Source: Phycisphaerales bacterium (GTDB lineage: Bacteria; Planctomycetota; Phycisphaerae; Phycisphaerales; SM1A02). Taken from it: a DNA stretch of 38,962 nt. A program made the translations under genes and the position numbers. The DNA is taken from contig JBILDS010000001.1 of NCBI GenBank assembly GCA_044352505.1, positions 1 through 38,962 on the forward strand. Direction: 5' to 3'. Positions 1-8,279 of this stretch are shown one piece after another. The notes under the pieces were generated by a model. That model made no database searches and had not been told where the DNA came from. It saw nothing but the letters and a program-made list of their open reading frames with translations. Positions within the stretch are counted from its first letter, which is position 1, and every line of letters begins with the position of its first letter.

Positions 1-65
1 GCCAAAGAGGGGCTCGTGCGGCTGCGGCGGGCAATCGGCTGCGTCCATTTCCGGCACTGTACGAC

Positions 66-3000
66 ATGCACCCGCACACGGCAGTCGAGCTACCATCGCC
101 GCCAGTGCTGCGGTTCGAACGACCGGAGTTCTTCTGGCTCCTGCTGATGCTCGTTCCTGTGTGCGCGCTCGCCTGGCGCGGGCGCGCCTTCGAGGGTTCG
201 GCGCGGTGGTTCGCGTCGCTCGCGTTTCGGGTGTTGGTAGTGCTTGCAATGGTGACCGCGCTCGCTGAACCTGCGGTGGAACGCCGGAGCGACGCCGTGG
301 CCACGGCCTTCATACTCGATCGCAGTGGCTCGATTCCTGCGCCGCTTCGTGCGGAGTCGCAGCGCTTCGTTGAAGCGCTGATCGAAGCGAAATCGCAGCC
401 GGACGATCTCTACGCACTCGTACACGTGGGGCGCGAAGCTGAGATTGCGACCACGCCTCGGCGGACAGGACCACTTGTTTTTGCGGAGTACAGCGGTGCA
501 CGGGATGGCACGAACTTGGCCGCCGGAATCCAGCGGGCAATCTCGATTTTGCCGCCCAATGCAACCAAGCGCGTGGTGCTCCTCTCGGACGGAAACGAGA
601 ACATTGGAAGCGTGTTGGCGGAGGCCGACGCCGCCGCCGCGCGCGGTGTTCCAATCGACGTGGTTCCGCTCGACTTCACGGCTGAGAATGAAGTCGTCAT
701 CGAGTCGCTGCGCGCTCCAGCTCGCGCGCGGCCGGGCCAACCGATCGATCTCCGACTCACGATTCGCAGCCAGCGCGAAGCGACCGGCACGGTCTTCCTT
801 CGCGAAGGAGGCGCGCTTGTTGATCTTGATCCCGATGCAGATGGGTACGGATTGTCGGTTTCGCTTCGATCCGGCGTCGACACGCTCATCCTTCCGTTCC
901 CGCTTGCCGACGGAGGCACCCATCGCTTCGAAGCAATCTTCGAGCCAGACGATCCGGCCATGGATCGTCTGGCTGAGAACAACCGCGGAACCGCCGTGAC
1001 AACCGTCGATGGCCCCGGACGCGTGTTGGTGGTCGACCCGAGTGGTGGAGCTGAAAGCGCGCCATTGATCGCTGCGCTCCAACAGGCATCGATTGCGGCA
1101 ATCGCGGTGCACCCAGACAACCTGACTCCAGACGGGGCGTTCTTCTCGGGGTTCGATTGCATCATTCTCGTGAACCTTCCGCGCTGGCAGATTGATGGTG
1201 AAATCGACCGATTGCTCCGCGCGTACGTGCATGACGTCGGTGGCGGACTTCTCGTGGTCGGAGGTCCGAGCGCACTCGGAGCTGGCGGCTGGATCGGCTC
1301 CGAGGTCGCCGAAGTGCTTCCGGTCGAACTGGATCCGCCTGCGACTCGGTCGTATCTCCGCGGCTCGATTGCGATCGTGCTTGATGCGTCGGGTTCGATG
1401 AGCGCACACGCCGCCGGAGGCATGATTCGCAAACAAATGCTCGCCAATGAGGCGGCTGCGGCTGGTGTACGGTCGATGAGCCCGCTTGACGAGATTTGTG
1501 TGATTGCGTTCACCAGCACGCCGAATGTGCTTGTTCCGCGGCAAGCGCTCGGGACGGATCTGTCGATCGAGCGGATGATTCGCGGGATTGCGTCAGGTGG
1601 CGGCACCGATCTTCACGCCGCGATGGATGCGGCGATTCGTCAACTCGATGGCTCAACCGCCGGCACCAAGCACATGATTGTGTTGACCGATGGAATCACC
1701 GCGGGCGCGCCCCAGCGTGGACTTGATCTTGCGGAAGCGGCTCGTCGGCGCGGAATCACCGTGTCGGCAATTGGAATTGACGAAGGCGCGCAAGACGCGG
1801 ATTTGCGTCGCATCACCGAGATCGCTGGCGGACGCTTTCATCCCGTGGTCGACCTTGAGGGCGCACGAGAACTCCCCGAAATCTTCATCCGCGAGTTTCA
1901 CGACTTCGGTCGGCGAATGACCCTCGAGGGTTCGTTCCAACCAACAGTTCTCACAAGTGCCGGCGGCCCCCTGCGTGGCCTCACGGCCGTTCCTGCTCTT
2001 GGCGGATACGTTGTCACGGTGCCGCGTTCTGGTCTGGCCGAACTCCACATTGTGCAACCGACCTCGGAGGCAACCGATCCGATCTTTGCGTCGTGGAATC
2101 ACGGATTGGGTCGCGCAGCGGTCTTCACATCAGACGCCGGCGCGCGATGGGCCAATGCGTGGACGACGTGGAGCGAGTATCGCGCGTTCTGGGAGCAAAC
2201 CACCCGCTGGCTCATGCGACCAACGACACCTGCATACGCATCGACGCGCACGCGTATCGATGGCGACACCGCAATTGTGGAGCTCGAGTTGACTCGTCCT
2301 GATGGCGGGTTCGATCTCACCACACAACCCGTGGGAACGCTCCTTGCACCCGACGGAACGTTGCGCACCCTTGCGCTCAGCCAAGTTGGTCCTGGTCGAT
2401 GGCGCGGCGAGTTCAACATGGACGCGCGCGGCACGTATCTCACAAGTCTCGCGCTTGCCAATGATTCCTCCGGCCGTCGCACGAGTGTGACGAGCGCCGT
2501 GAGCACTCCCTATGCGCGTGAGTACAGGGCGACTGAGGGGAATCGCGCGCTCCTTGAAGAGATTGCATCCCGCACTGGTGGGCGCGTTCTTGAGTTGGAC
2601 GCGGCGCCGAGCATGATCGATGCGTTCGCTCCACCGGGAGTTGCGCCCCCCGCCACGGCGCGCGGTTTGTGGGACATTCTTGCGGTTCTCGCTGCAGTGC
2701 TGTTTCTTGGCGATATGGCGTTCCGGCGAGTGATCTTCGATTGGCGCGACTTGGGAATTGCAACGCGCGCGGGTGGCGGCGTCCGCACACCTGGCCAAGC
2801 GGCGCTCGCCGCGATGGCCAGCGTTCGCAGCGGGCGGCGCGACCGCGCGGTTGCGCCAGATGCGGAACCAGATCTTTCGCGAGCGACTGCTGCTGCGAGT
2901 GTGCAGATGACACCGGCATCTGTACAGACGGCGACATCTTCTCCCGCGCCTGTTACGTCGAGCATCGACGCTTCGCAAACCGCAGCCAACAACTCTCCTG

Positions 3001-3074
3001 CGGACGACGAAAGCACGGCCTCACGCCTTCTCCGCGCGAAGCGACGAGTGGAGCAGGATCGCCAGGATCCGTAA
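66..3074 (+). CDS. Large membrane-anchored double von Willebrand factor A (vWA) domain protein, BatA/BatB-like
   Basis: 1002-aa ORF with ATG at 66. N-terminal hydrophobic segments (FFWLLLMLVPVCALA, VLVVLAMVTALA) resemble BatA-type proteins. Two MIDAS-type vWA signatures (FILDRSGS...VVLLSDGNEN and IVLDASGSMS...MIVLTDGITAG). C-terminal TM helix (ILAVLAAVLFLG) followed by a low-complexity Ala/Ser/Thr tail. Confidence 0.8.
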   Translation: MHPHTAVELPSPPVLRFERPEFFWLLLMLVPVCALAWRGRAFEGSARWFASLAFRVLVVLAMVTALAEPAVERRSDAVATAFILDRSGSIPAPLRAESQRFVEALIEAKSQPDDLYALVHVGREAEIATTPRRTGPLVFAEYSGARDGTNLAAGIQRAISILPPNATKRVVLLSDGNENIGSVLAEADAAAARGVPIDVVPLDFTAENEVVIESLRAPARARPGQPIDLRLTIRSQREATGTVFLREGGALVDLDPDADGYGLSVSLRSGVDTLILPFPLADGGTHRFEAIFEPDDPAMDRLAENNRGTAVTTVDGPGRVLVVDPSGGAESAPLIAALQQASIAAIAVHPDNLTPDGAFFSGFDCIILVNLPRWQIDGEIDRLLRAYVHDVGGGLLVVGGPSALGAGGWIGSEVAEVLPVELDPPATRSYLRGSIAIVLDASGSMSAHAAGGMIRKQMLANEAAAAGVRSMSPLDEICVIAFTSTPNVLVPRQALGTDLSIERMIRGIASGGGTDLHAAMDAAIRQLDGSTAGTKHMIVLTDGITAGAPQRGLDLAEAARRRGITVSAIGIDEGAQDADLRRITEIAGGRFHPVVDLEGARELPEIFIREFHDFGRRMTLEGSFQPTVLTSAGGPLRGLTAVPALGGYVVTVPRSGLAELHIVQPTSEATDPIFASWNHGLGRAAVFTSDAGARWANAWTTWSEYRAFWEQTTRWLMRPTTPAYASTRTRIDGDTAIVELELTRPDGGFDLTTQPVGTLLAPDGTLRTLALSQVGPGRWRGEFNMDARGTYLTSLALANDSSGRRTSVTSAVSTPYAREYRATEGNRALLEEIASRTGGRVLELDAAPSMIDAFAPPGVAPPATARGLWDILAVLAAVLFLGDMAFRRVIFDWRDLGIATRAGGGVRTPGQAALAAMASVRSGRRDRAVAPDAEPDLSRATAAASVQMTPASVQTATSSPAPVTSSIDASQTAANNSPADDESTASRLLRAKRRVEQDRQDP

Positions 3075-3182
3075 GTCGGAATTCCTAAGCCGGAATTCTT
3101 GCCGCGGCGGAGTCGTTCGTGCGACCAACGCGGAACGCCAATTCCCACGCTTTGCAGATTTCGGTCGCGCCGCGCGCGAAGC

Positions 3183-3770
3183 TCAGATCGAACCCGACCG
3201 CCGCCTGCGCTGCCGCAGAAGCGTGCCCGCAAGACCAAAGAGCGCAACCGCTCCCGGCGCGGGAATCACGCCCCATGCCTGCACTTCGCTCAGCGAGTAC
3301 GCGCCATCGCCACCGATCGCACCCACGCGAATGGAGTCGGTCAGCACCGAATTGCCGAGGTAGAAAATCTCCCCGTTATTGGATTGGTTTGGCCGCGTCC
3401 GCATGCCTGCGCCGCCGACCGGACCCGCGGTCCACAACTCAAGATAGCTGCCAGTGGTGAGATCGCGGTACCACATCCGGTACGTGTCATTGTTGTCGGC
3501 TTGCAGCACAGCACCGACCACTTCAACTGTTCCGCCGAGGTCGATCTGAAGCACGGTGGAAGTTCCGCTCCACCACACGGTGCCACTCTGCCAGGACGTG
3601 CCCGCGGGCACAAACAGCCCATCGGTCAGCGTCGACAGCGCGGCGCCGTTCGCGCTTCCAGCTGCAACCGACACATCGCGCCCGAGCGCAAGATTTTGGA
3701 TTCCTGCGCCGGCGAAAACCTGCGAGGAAACCGCAATTGCCAGAGCGAACGCCGCAAACGAGTGCTTCAT
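3183..3770 (-). CDS. PEP-CTERM-anchored secreted protein with discoidin (F5/8 type C)-like domain
   Basis: I take the internal ATG at 3770 (MKHSFAAFALAIAVSSQVFA signal peptide), preceded by GGGAGAAG, rather than the ORF-track start at 3890. The C-terminus VIPAPGAVALFGLAGTLLRQRRRR is a PEP-CTERM sorting signal. The body has a discoidin-like ending (GDGAYSLSEVQAWG). Confidence 0.75.
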   Translation of the reverse strand: MKHSFAAFALAIAVSSQVFAGAGIQNLALGRDVSVAAGSANGAALSTLTDGLFVPAGTSWQSGTVWWSGTSTVLQIDLGGTVEVVGAVLQADNNDTYRMWYRDLTTGSYLELWTAGPVGGAGMRTRPNQSNNGEIFYLGNSVLTDSIRVGAIGGDGAYSLSEVQAWGVIPAPGAVALFGLAGTLLRQRRRRSGSI

Positions 3771-4050
3771 GTTTCTTCTCCCTACTTCGACGGTGGAGCG
3801 GACCAATCTGCGCGATTCCGCGCGAGTGCCGCGGTGCAAACTGACGGGCTGCCCTGACTTCGGGCAGTCAGCGGGCTGTATTCGAGGCAAACTCTAGAGG
3901 TCGCCACGCGAAGGCTCTCCCCGCATGTTTCCGCGATTCGAAAGGCCTCTGACGTCGCCGGGTGCGTTGGAAGCGAAAAAGTCGCTGCGTTGCTGAGAGT
4001 CGCTTGACCCTCGTGCGGAAGGCTTGTGAAGACGGTCACTCGATCGTCCA

Positions 4051-4085
4051 AGGTTCTGTCTGCGGGGATCCGTCAGACAGAACCT
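4051..4085. repeat. Perfect 12-N11-12 palindrome AGGTTCTGTCTG-cggggatccgt-CAGACAGAACCT; founding copy of a recurrent intergenic motif (candidate operator or leader hairpin)
   Basis: Read directly from the sequence, 36 nt upstream of the ATG at 4121. The same 12-mer recurs at 24129-24140, with single-mismatch copies at 24607-24618 and 25179-25190. Confidence 0.6.
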
Positions 4086-4120
4086 CAACCGCCCTCCCCT
4101 TCCACCTCGGAGATCGAACC

Positions 4121-4831
4121 ATGACACGCAACACACTCGCCCTCGCGTCTCGCCCGCTTCGCACCACCAACCGCCGCGCGCTGGTTGCAGCACTCAGCCT
4201 CCCGTTCGCGGTTGCAGGCGCTGCACACGCCAACGTTCTCTCGAACTCTGGCTTCGAGACACCAACCACGACTTCCGCAGCGAATGTGCTCAACAACTTC
4301 CCAGGATTTCAAGGCGTGTGGGGACCCGAAGTTGGCACAATCACCACCGCCGCGCTTGGCGTGACGCCCGCAGCCGGAAGTCGGATGTTGGGCATGACCA
4401 CAGACGGCCTCAGCTACACCCAGACGTTCCAATCGGTTGATGTTTCAAGCTTCAGCGGCCTGATCAACGCTGGTCAAGCACAGTTGACCGCAGGTGCGCT
4501 CATGAACACCAACGGCGGATACGCCGGCGCCTTCGCCGTGGTGACCGTGCAGTTCTTCACCGGAGCGAACTACGCCTCGCTCATTGGAAGCTCTGGCAAC
4601 GGCACGCTGACGCTCGACTCGAATCCAACAACATGGGAAAGCATCTCGGTTTCCTCCGCGATTCCTGTGGGTACCACGTGGCTTGTCTACCAAGTCGCGT
4701 ACCAGAACGCCTCGATTGGAAACAACACGGGGTTTGTTGATGACGCGTATCTGAACATCACGCAGGTGCCAGCACCGGGCGCATTGGCGCTCCTCGGACT
4801 TGCCGGACTCGCAGGCCGACGACGACGCTGA
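4121..4831 (+). CDS. PEP-CTERM-anchored secreted protein, CBM/jelly-roll-like body
   Basis: Internal ATG at 4121 preceded by GGAGA. Signal-like N-terminus ends AVAGAAHA. The NSGFE motif is typical of CBM4/9-type lectin folds. C-terminus VPAPGALALLGLAGLAGRRRR is a PEP-CTERM signal. Confidence 0.75.
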   Translation: MTRNTLALASRPLRTTNRRALVAALSLPFAVAGAAHANVLSNSGFETPTTTSAANVLNNFPGFQGVWGPEVGTITTAALGVTPAAGSRMLGMTTDGLSYTQTFQSVDVSSFSGLINAGQAQLTAGALMNTNGGYAGAFAVVTVQFFTGANYASLIGSSGNGTLTLDSNPTTWESISVSSAIPVGTTWLVYQVAYQNASIGNNTGFVDDAYLNITQVPAPGALALLGLAGLAGRRRR

Positions 4832-4920
4832 GCTCGACGCGTCACAAGAACGCGCACTTCCCGGCTTCCGCCGGACTCTCTCGAAACTCATTCCCGCGAC
4901 TCTCTCTCCTTCGGAACACG

Positions 4921-4950
4921 ACAACGCCTCCGCCTGTGCGGGGGCGTTGT
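4921..4950 (+). terminator. Putative intrinsic terminator hairpin downstream of the PEP-CTERM gene
   Basis: 13-bp stem (acaacgcctccgc / gcgggggcgttgt, one G-U pair) with loop ctgt, 90 nt after the stop at 4831. The following T-tract is weak (tgtct). Confidence 0.45.
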
Positions 4951-5003
4951 TGTCTCGACGAGCACCGAGATTCGCGCATGCCGTGTTTTCGTTAAACTGA
5001 GGT

Positions 5004-6806
5004 ATGGCTCACATTGGATCGCCAATCCTTGCGGTGGGGGTCGAAAACCTACCGCTCCTCACCACGCTCGCGTTTGGATTCGCGGCAGCATGGGTTCTTG
5101 GCCTCATCACCCATCGCCTTGGGCTCTCGCCCATCGTCGGATACTTGCTTGCGGGGGTTGCAATTGGCCCGCACACGCCGGGATTCAAGGGCGATGTGGC
5201 AGTCGCGCAGCAACTCGCAGAGATTGGCGTGATCTTGCTGATGTTCGGCGTTGGGCTTCACTTCCGCCTCAAAGATCTTTGGGCCGTGCGCGGCGTTGCC
5301 ATTCCAGGGGCGATCGGGCAGAGTGTCGTCGCCACCCTCATCACGATGGGCGCGCTGCACCTCATGGGCTGGCCGCTTCGCTCGGGGCTTGTGCTCGGAA
5401 TGGCGATGGCGGTCGCAAGTACGGTGGTGTTGCTGCGAGTACTGATCGATCGCCACATGCTGAAAACCATCCATGGGCATGTCGCCGTGGGATGGCTCAT
5501 CATGGAGGACATCCTGACGGTGCTTCTCCTTGTGATGGTGCCACTCTTTGCACTCGACGAGACAGGAAGTCCAACAGCAGCCGCAGCCGATTCTGCGCTT
5601 GCAACGGCCGGCTGGGCCATCGCGAAACTGATCGCACTGGTTGCGATTGTGCTGCTCGCAGGATCGCGCGTCGTTCCATGGACTTTGAACCAAGTCGCGA
5701 AGTTGCGTTCACCGGAACTCTTCACGCTGACGGTGCTCGTTCTCTCGATCACCATCGCAGTGGGTTCGGCCGCGCTGTTCGGCGCATCGGTGGCACTCGG
5801 CGCATTCCTCGCTGGCCTTGTCGTCGCACAGTCGCCAGTCAGTCACCACGCGGCCGCCGACGCGCTGCCAATGAGCGATGCGTTTGCAGTGCTCTTCTTC
5901 GTCTCCGTCGGAATGCTGTTCGATCCCTTCTTCATTCTTGATCGACCAGATCTTGTACTCATGGGTCTTAGCGTGGTGCTCATCGCGAAGCCCGTGGCTG
6001 CCCTCGCGATCGTTGCGATATGCGGTTATACCGTGCGCACTGCACTGACCGTCGCGATTGGCCTTGCACAGATCGGCGAGTTTTCGTTCATCCTCGGGCA
6101 GGTGGCGCGACAGCACGGACTGATGCCTGACGACGGAATGAACATGTTGGTCGCAACGGCGATGATCTCGATCACGATCAACCCACTGCTCTTCCGTTCT
6201 ATCGACCGAATCGAACGCGCAGTCGAACGTGTGCCATGGCTCTGGTGGATTCTCAGCGCTCGCCATGCCCGGCGAGCACAGGGTCTTGATGCCGACGCGA
6301 CGATGAACCTATCCGCTCGCACAAAGCCGTTGGCAATCGTCGTTGGATACGGCCCCGTTGGTCGCCTCGTAGACGCACTACTCCGCGATGCTGGACTTGA
6401 AACCGCAATCATCGACATGAACATCGATACCGTGCGTCAACTGCAGTCGAGGGGACGCATCGCTGTCTACGGCGACGCTGCACGAAGAGAAGTTCTTGAG
6501 CACGCCGGGATTCGGGATGCGGTGCATCTTGTCCTGAGTCTGCCAAACAGTGAAGAGCGCGGCTCGCTCGTCATGCTTGCACGTGAACTCAACGCCACCG
6601 TCGAGATTACAGCGCGCGCCCGCTACCTTGCGGAACGTGAAGTACTGCTGCGTGCGGGCGCAAACACGGTTGTGAGCGAAGAAGGCGAGGCAGGAATCGC
6701 GCTTGCACAGCATGTGCTTGAGCGGCGCGGAATTGCCCCGGCACAAGTCGACAAACTTCTCGCAGCGATGCGACAGCTTTGGAGTACGCAACGGGAGCAC
6801 GCATGA
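5004..6806 (+). CDS. CPA2-family monovalent cation:proton antiporter with C-terminal TrkA-N/RCK domain (Kef/YbaL-like K+ efflux system)
   Basis: 600-aa ORF with ATG at 5004. About 12 hydrophobic helices typical of Kef/YbaL, followed by a Rossmann motif IVVGYGPVGR and an RCK-like tail. Confidence 0.85.
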   Translation: MAHIGSPILAVGVENLPLLTTLAFGFAAAWVLGLITHRLGLSPIVGYLLAGVAIGPHTPGFKGDVAVAQQLAEIGVILLMFGVGLHFRLKDLWAVRGVAIPGAIGQSVVATLITMGALHLMGWPLRSGLVLGMAMAVASTVVLLRVLIDRHMLKTIHGHVAVGWLIMEDILTVLLLVMVPLFALDETGSPTAAAADSALATAGWAIAKLIALVAIVLLAGSRVVPWTLNQVAKLRSPELFTLTVLVLSITIAVGSAALFGASVALGAFLAGLVVAQSPVSHHAAADALPMSDAFAVLFFVSVGMLFDPFFILDRPDLVLMGLSVVLIAKPVAALAIVAICGYTVRTALTVAIGLAQIGEFSFILGQVARQHGLMPDDGMNMLVATAMISITINPLLFRSIDRIERAVERVPWLWWILSARHARRAQGLDADATMNLSARTKPLAIVVGYGPVGRLVDALLRDAGLETAIIDMNIDTVRQLQSRGRIAVYGDAARREVLEHAGIRDAVHLVLSLPNSEERGSLVMLARELNATVEITARARYLAEREVLLRAGANTVVSEEGEAGIALAQHVLERRGIAPAQVDKLLAAMRQLWSTQREHA

Positions 6807-8263
6807 TTCCATTTGCAGCGTTTCTCATCGCAGTGCTTCCGCACGCGGACGCCTGCGCGACCAAGGGGTCCACCTTCGTCGACCGCTCGACGGATCTTGA
6901 CATCGCCCCCGTTGGCCAACATGCGGCGTGGTGCGATGTCAATGATGACGGTTGGCCCGATCTTCGCACCAATGGCGCGCTGTGGATCAATCGCGCAGGC
7001 AAGAGCTTCACACGCGTAGATGCGCCTGGAGACGGCGTGATTGCTGATCTCGACAACGACGGCGTGGGCGATCTTGTGTCGTTCGCGCCCATTGCGATTG
7101 CGCGCGGTGTTCGAGAAGGCGACGTGATCCGCTTTGAGCCACTTTCGTTGCCCGAACTTCCAACGACCGTGTCACGCGGAGTCGCGGTCGGCGACTTCAA
7201 CAACGACGGGTTCCTCGACGCACTTTTCGGCGGGTACGAGCACTGGCCCACACAGACGACCTATCCGACGCTTCTCCTTCTCAACGAAAGAGGTCGCTCG
7301 TTTCGACTTGCCTGGACGTGCGCCGAACACCGAACCCGCGGCGTCACCGCGTGCGACTTCGATGAAGACGGCGACCTCGATCTCTATCGTTCGAACTACC
7401 GGCTGCAGCCGAATGCGCTTCTTGTGAACGACGGCAAGGCAACCTTCCGCGACGAAGCGGGGATCCGCGGCGCGCAGGCAACAAGCGAGGGCTTCGCGGG
7501 AGGCCACTCTATCGGCGCATGCTTCGCCGACTTCGACAATGACGGACGCATCGATATCTTTGCTGGAAACTTCGCGCACGTTGACCAGCGAGGCGACCAG
7601 CCCAAGAGTCGGTTGCTCCGCAATCTCGGTGCTGCAGCGCAGTGGACCTTCGAAGATCTCGGCGAATCGGGCGTGTGGTACCAGGAGAGTTACGCCTCTC
7701 CCGCCGCAGGTGATTTCGATAACGATGGCGACCTCGATCTCTTCTTCACCACGGTCTATGCAACGGCCAGTTTCAAGAAGCCAAACTTCCCCGCTCTCTT
7801 TCGAAACGAACCCGCGACCGACGGGGCGAAGCGCATCTTCCAGGATGGAACACAAGGTTCTGGGCTTGAGTCGCTGCCGCCGACCTATCAAGCGGCGTGG
7901 GCCGATTTCAACCGAGATGGACGACTTGATCTTGTGACGGCGGGCAGGCTCTTCCTGAACCAAGGCACACGCGATGCCCACTGGCTTGGCCTTCGCCTCC
8001 GCGGCGACGGCGTCCGCGTAAACAAAGACGCCATCGGCACACAGGTGCGCATCAAGCTTTCGGATGGCCGTGTGCTCACACGGCACGTTGAGATTGGAAC
8101 GGGTGAGGGCAACTCCAACAGCCCGCTCCTTCACGTTGGACTTGGTGCCGAGAAGGGACCGCTGACCATCGAGATTCGCTGGCCCGACGGCACGCGAACC
8201 AGTACGACCGCAGCCGATGTTGACCGGGTGCTTGAGATTGCCTATCAGCCCAGTACGCGCTGA
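6803..8263 (+). CDS. CRTAC1-family FG-GAP/VCBS-repeat protein with ASPIC/UnbV C-terminal domain
   Basis: Repeated DxDxDGxxD Ca-binding loops (DVNDDGWPD, DLDNDGVGD, DFNNDGFLD, DFDEDGDLD, DFDNDGRID, DFDNDGDLD, DFNRDGRLD), then an UnbV-like segment (WLGLRLRG...AIGTQVRI...GEGNSNSPLLHVGLG). I take the ATG at 6803 (MIPFAAFLIAVLP), which forms an ATGA overlap with the antiporter stop. The ORF-track start at 6779 is the alternative. Confidence 0.8.
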   Translation: MIPFAAFLIAVLPHADACATKGSTFVDRSTDLDIAPVGQHAAWCDVNDDGWPDLRTNGALWINRAGKSFTRVDAPGDGVIADLDNDGVGDLVSFAPIAIARGVREGDVIRFEPLSLPELPTTVSRGVAVGDFNNDGFLDALFGGYEHWPTQTTYPTLLLLNERGRSFRLAWTCAEHRTRGVTACDFDEDGDLDLYRSNYRLQPNALLVNDGKATFRDEAGIRGAQATSEGFAGGHSIGACFADFDNDGRIDIFAGNFAHVDQRGDQPKSRLLRNLGAAAQWTFEDLGESGVWYQESYASPAAGDFDNDGDLDLFFTTVYATASFKKPNFPALFRNEPATDGAKRIFQDGTQGSGLESLPPTYQAAWADFNRDGRLDLVTAGRLFLNQGTRDAHWLGLRLRGDGVRVNKDAIGTQVRIKLSDGRVLTRHVEIGTGEGNSNSPLLHVGLGAEKGPLTIEIRWPDGTRTSTTAADVDRVLEIAYQPSTR

Positions 8264-8279
8264 AACCGCGGCTCCAGAC

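Noticed and set aside
90-1606. Long antisense ORFs (484 aa and 398 aa, minus strand) opposite the vWA gene
   Set aside because: They are Arg/Pro/Ser-rich with no recognisable motifs. Such shadow ORFs are typical of high-GC DNA, and the plus-strand frame carries clear vWA signatures.
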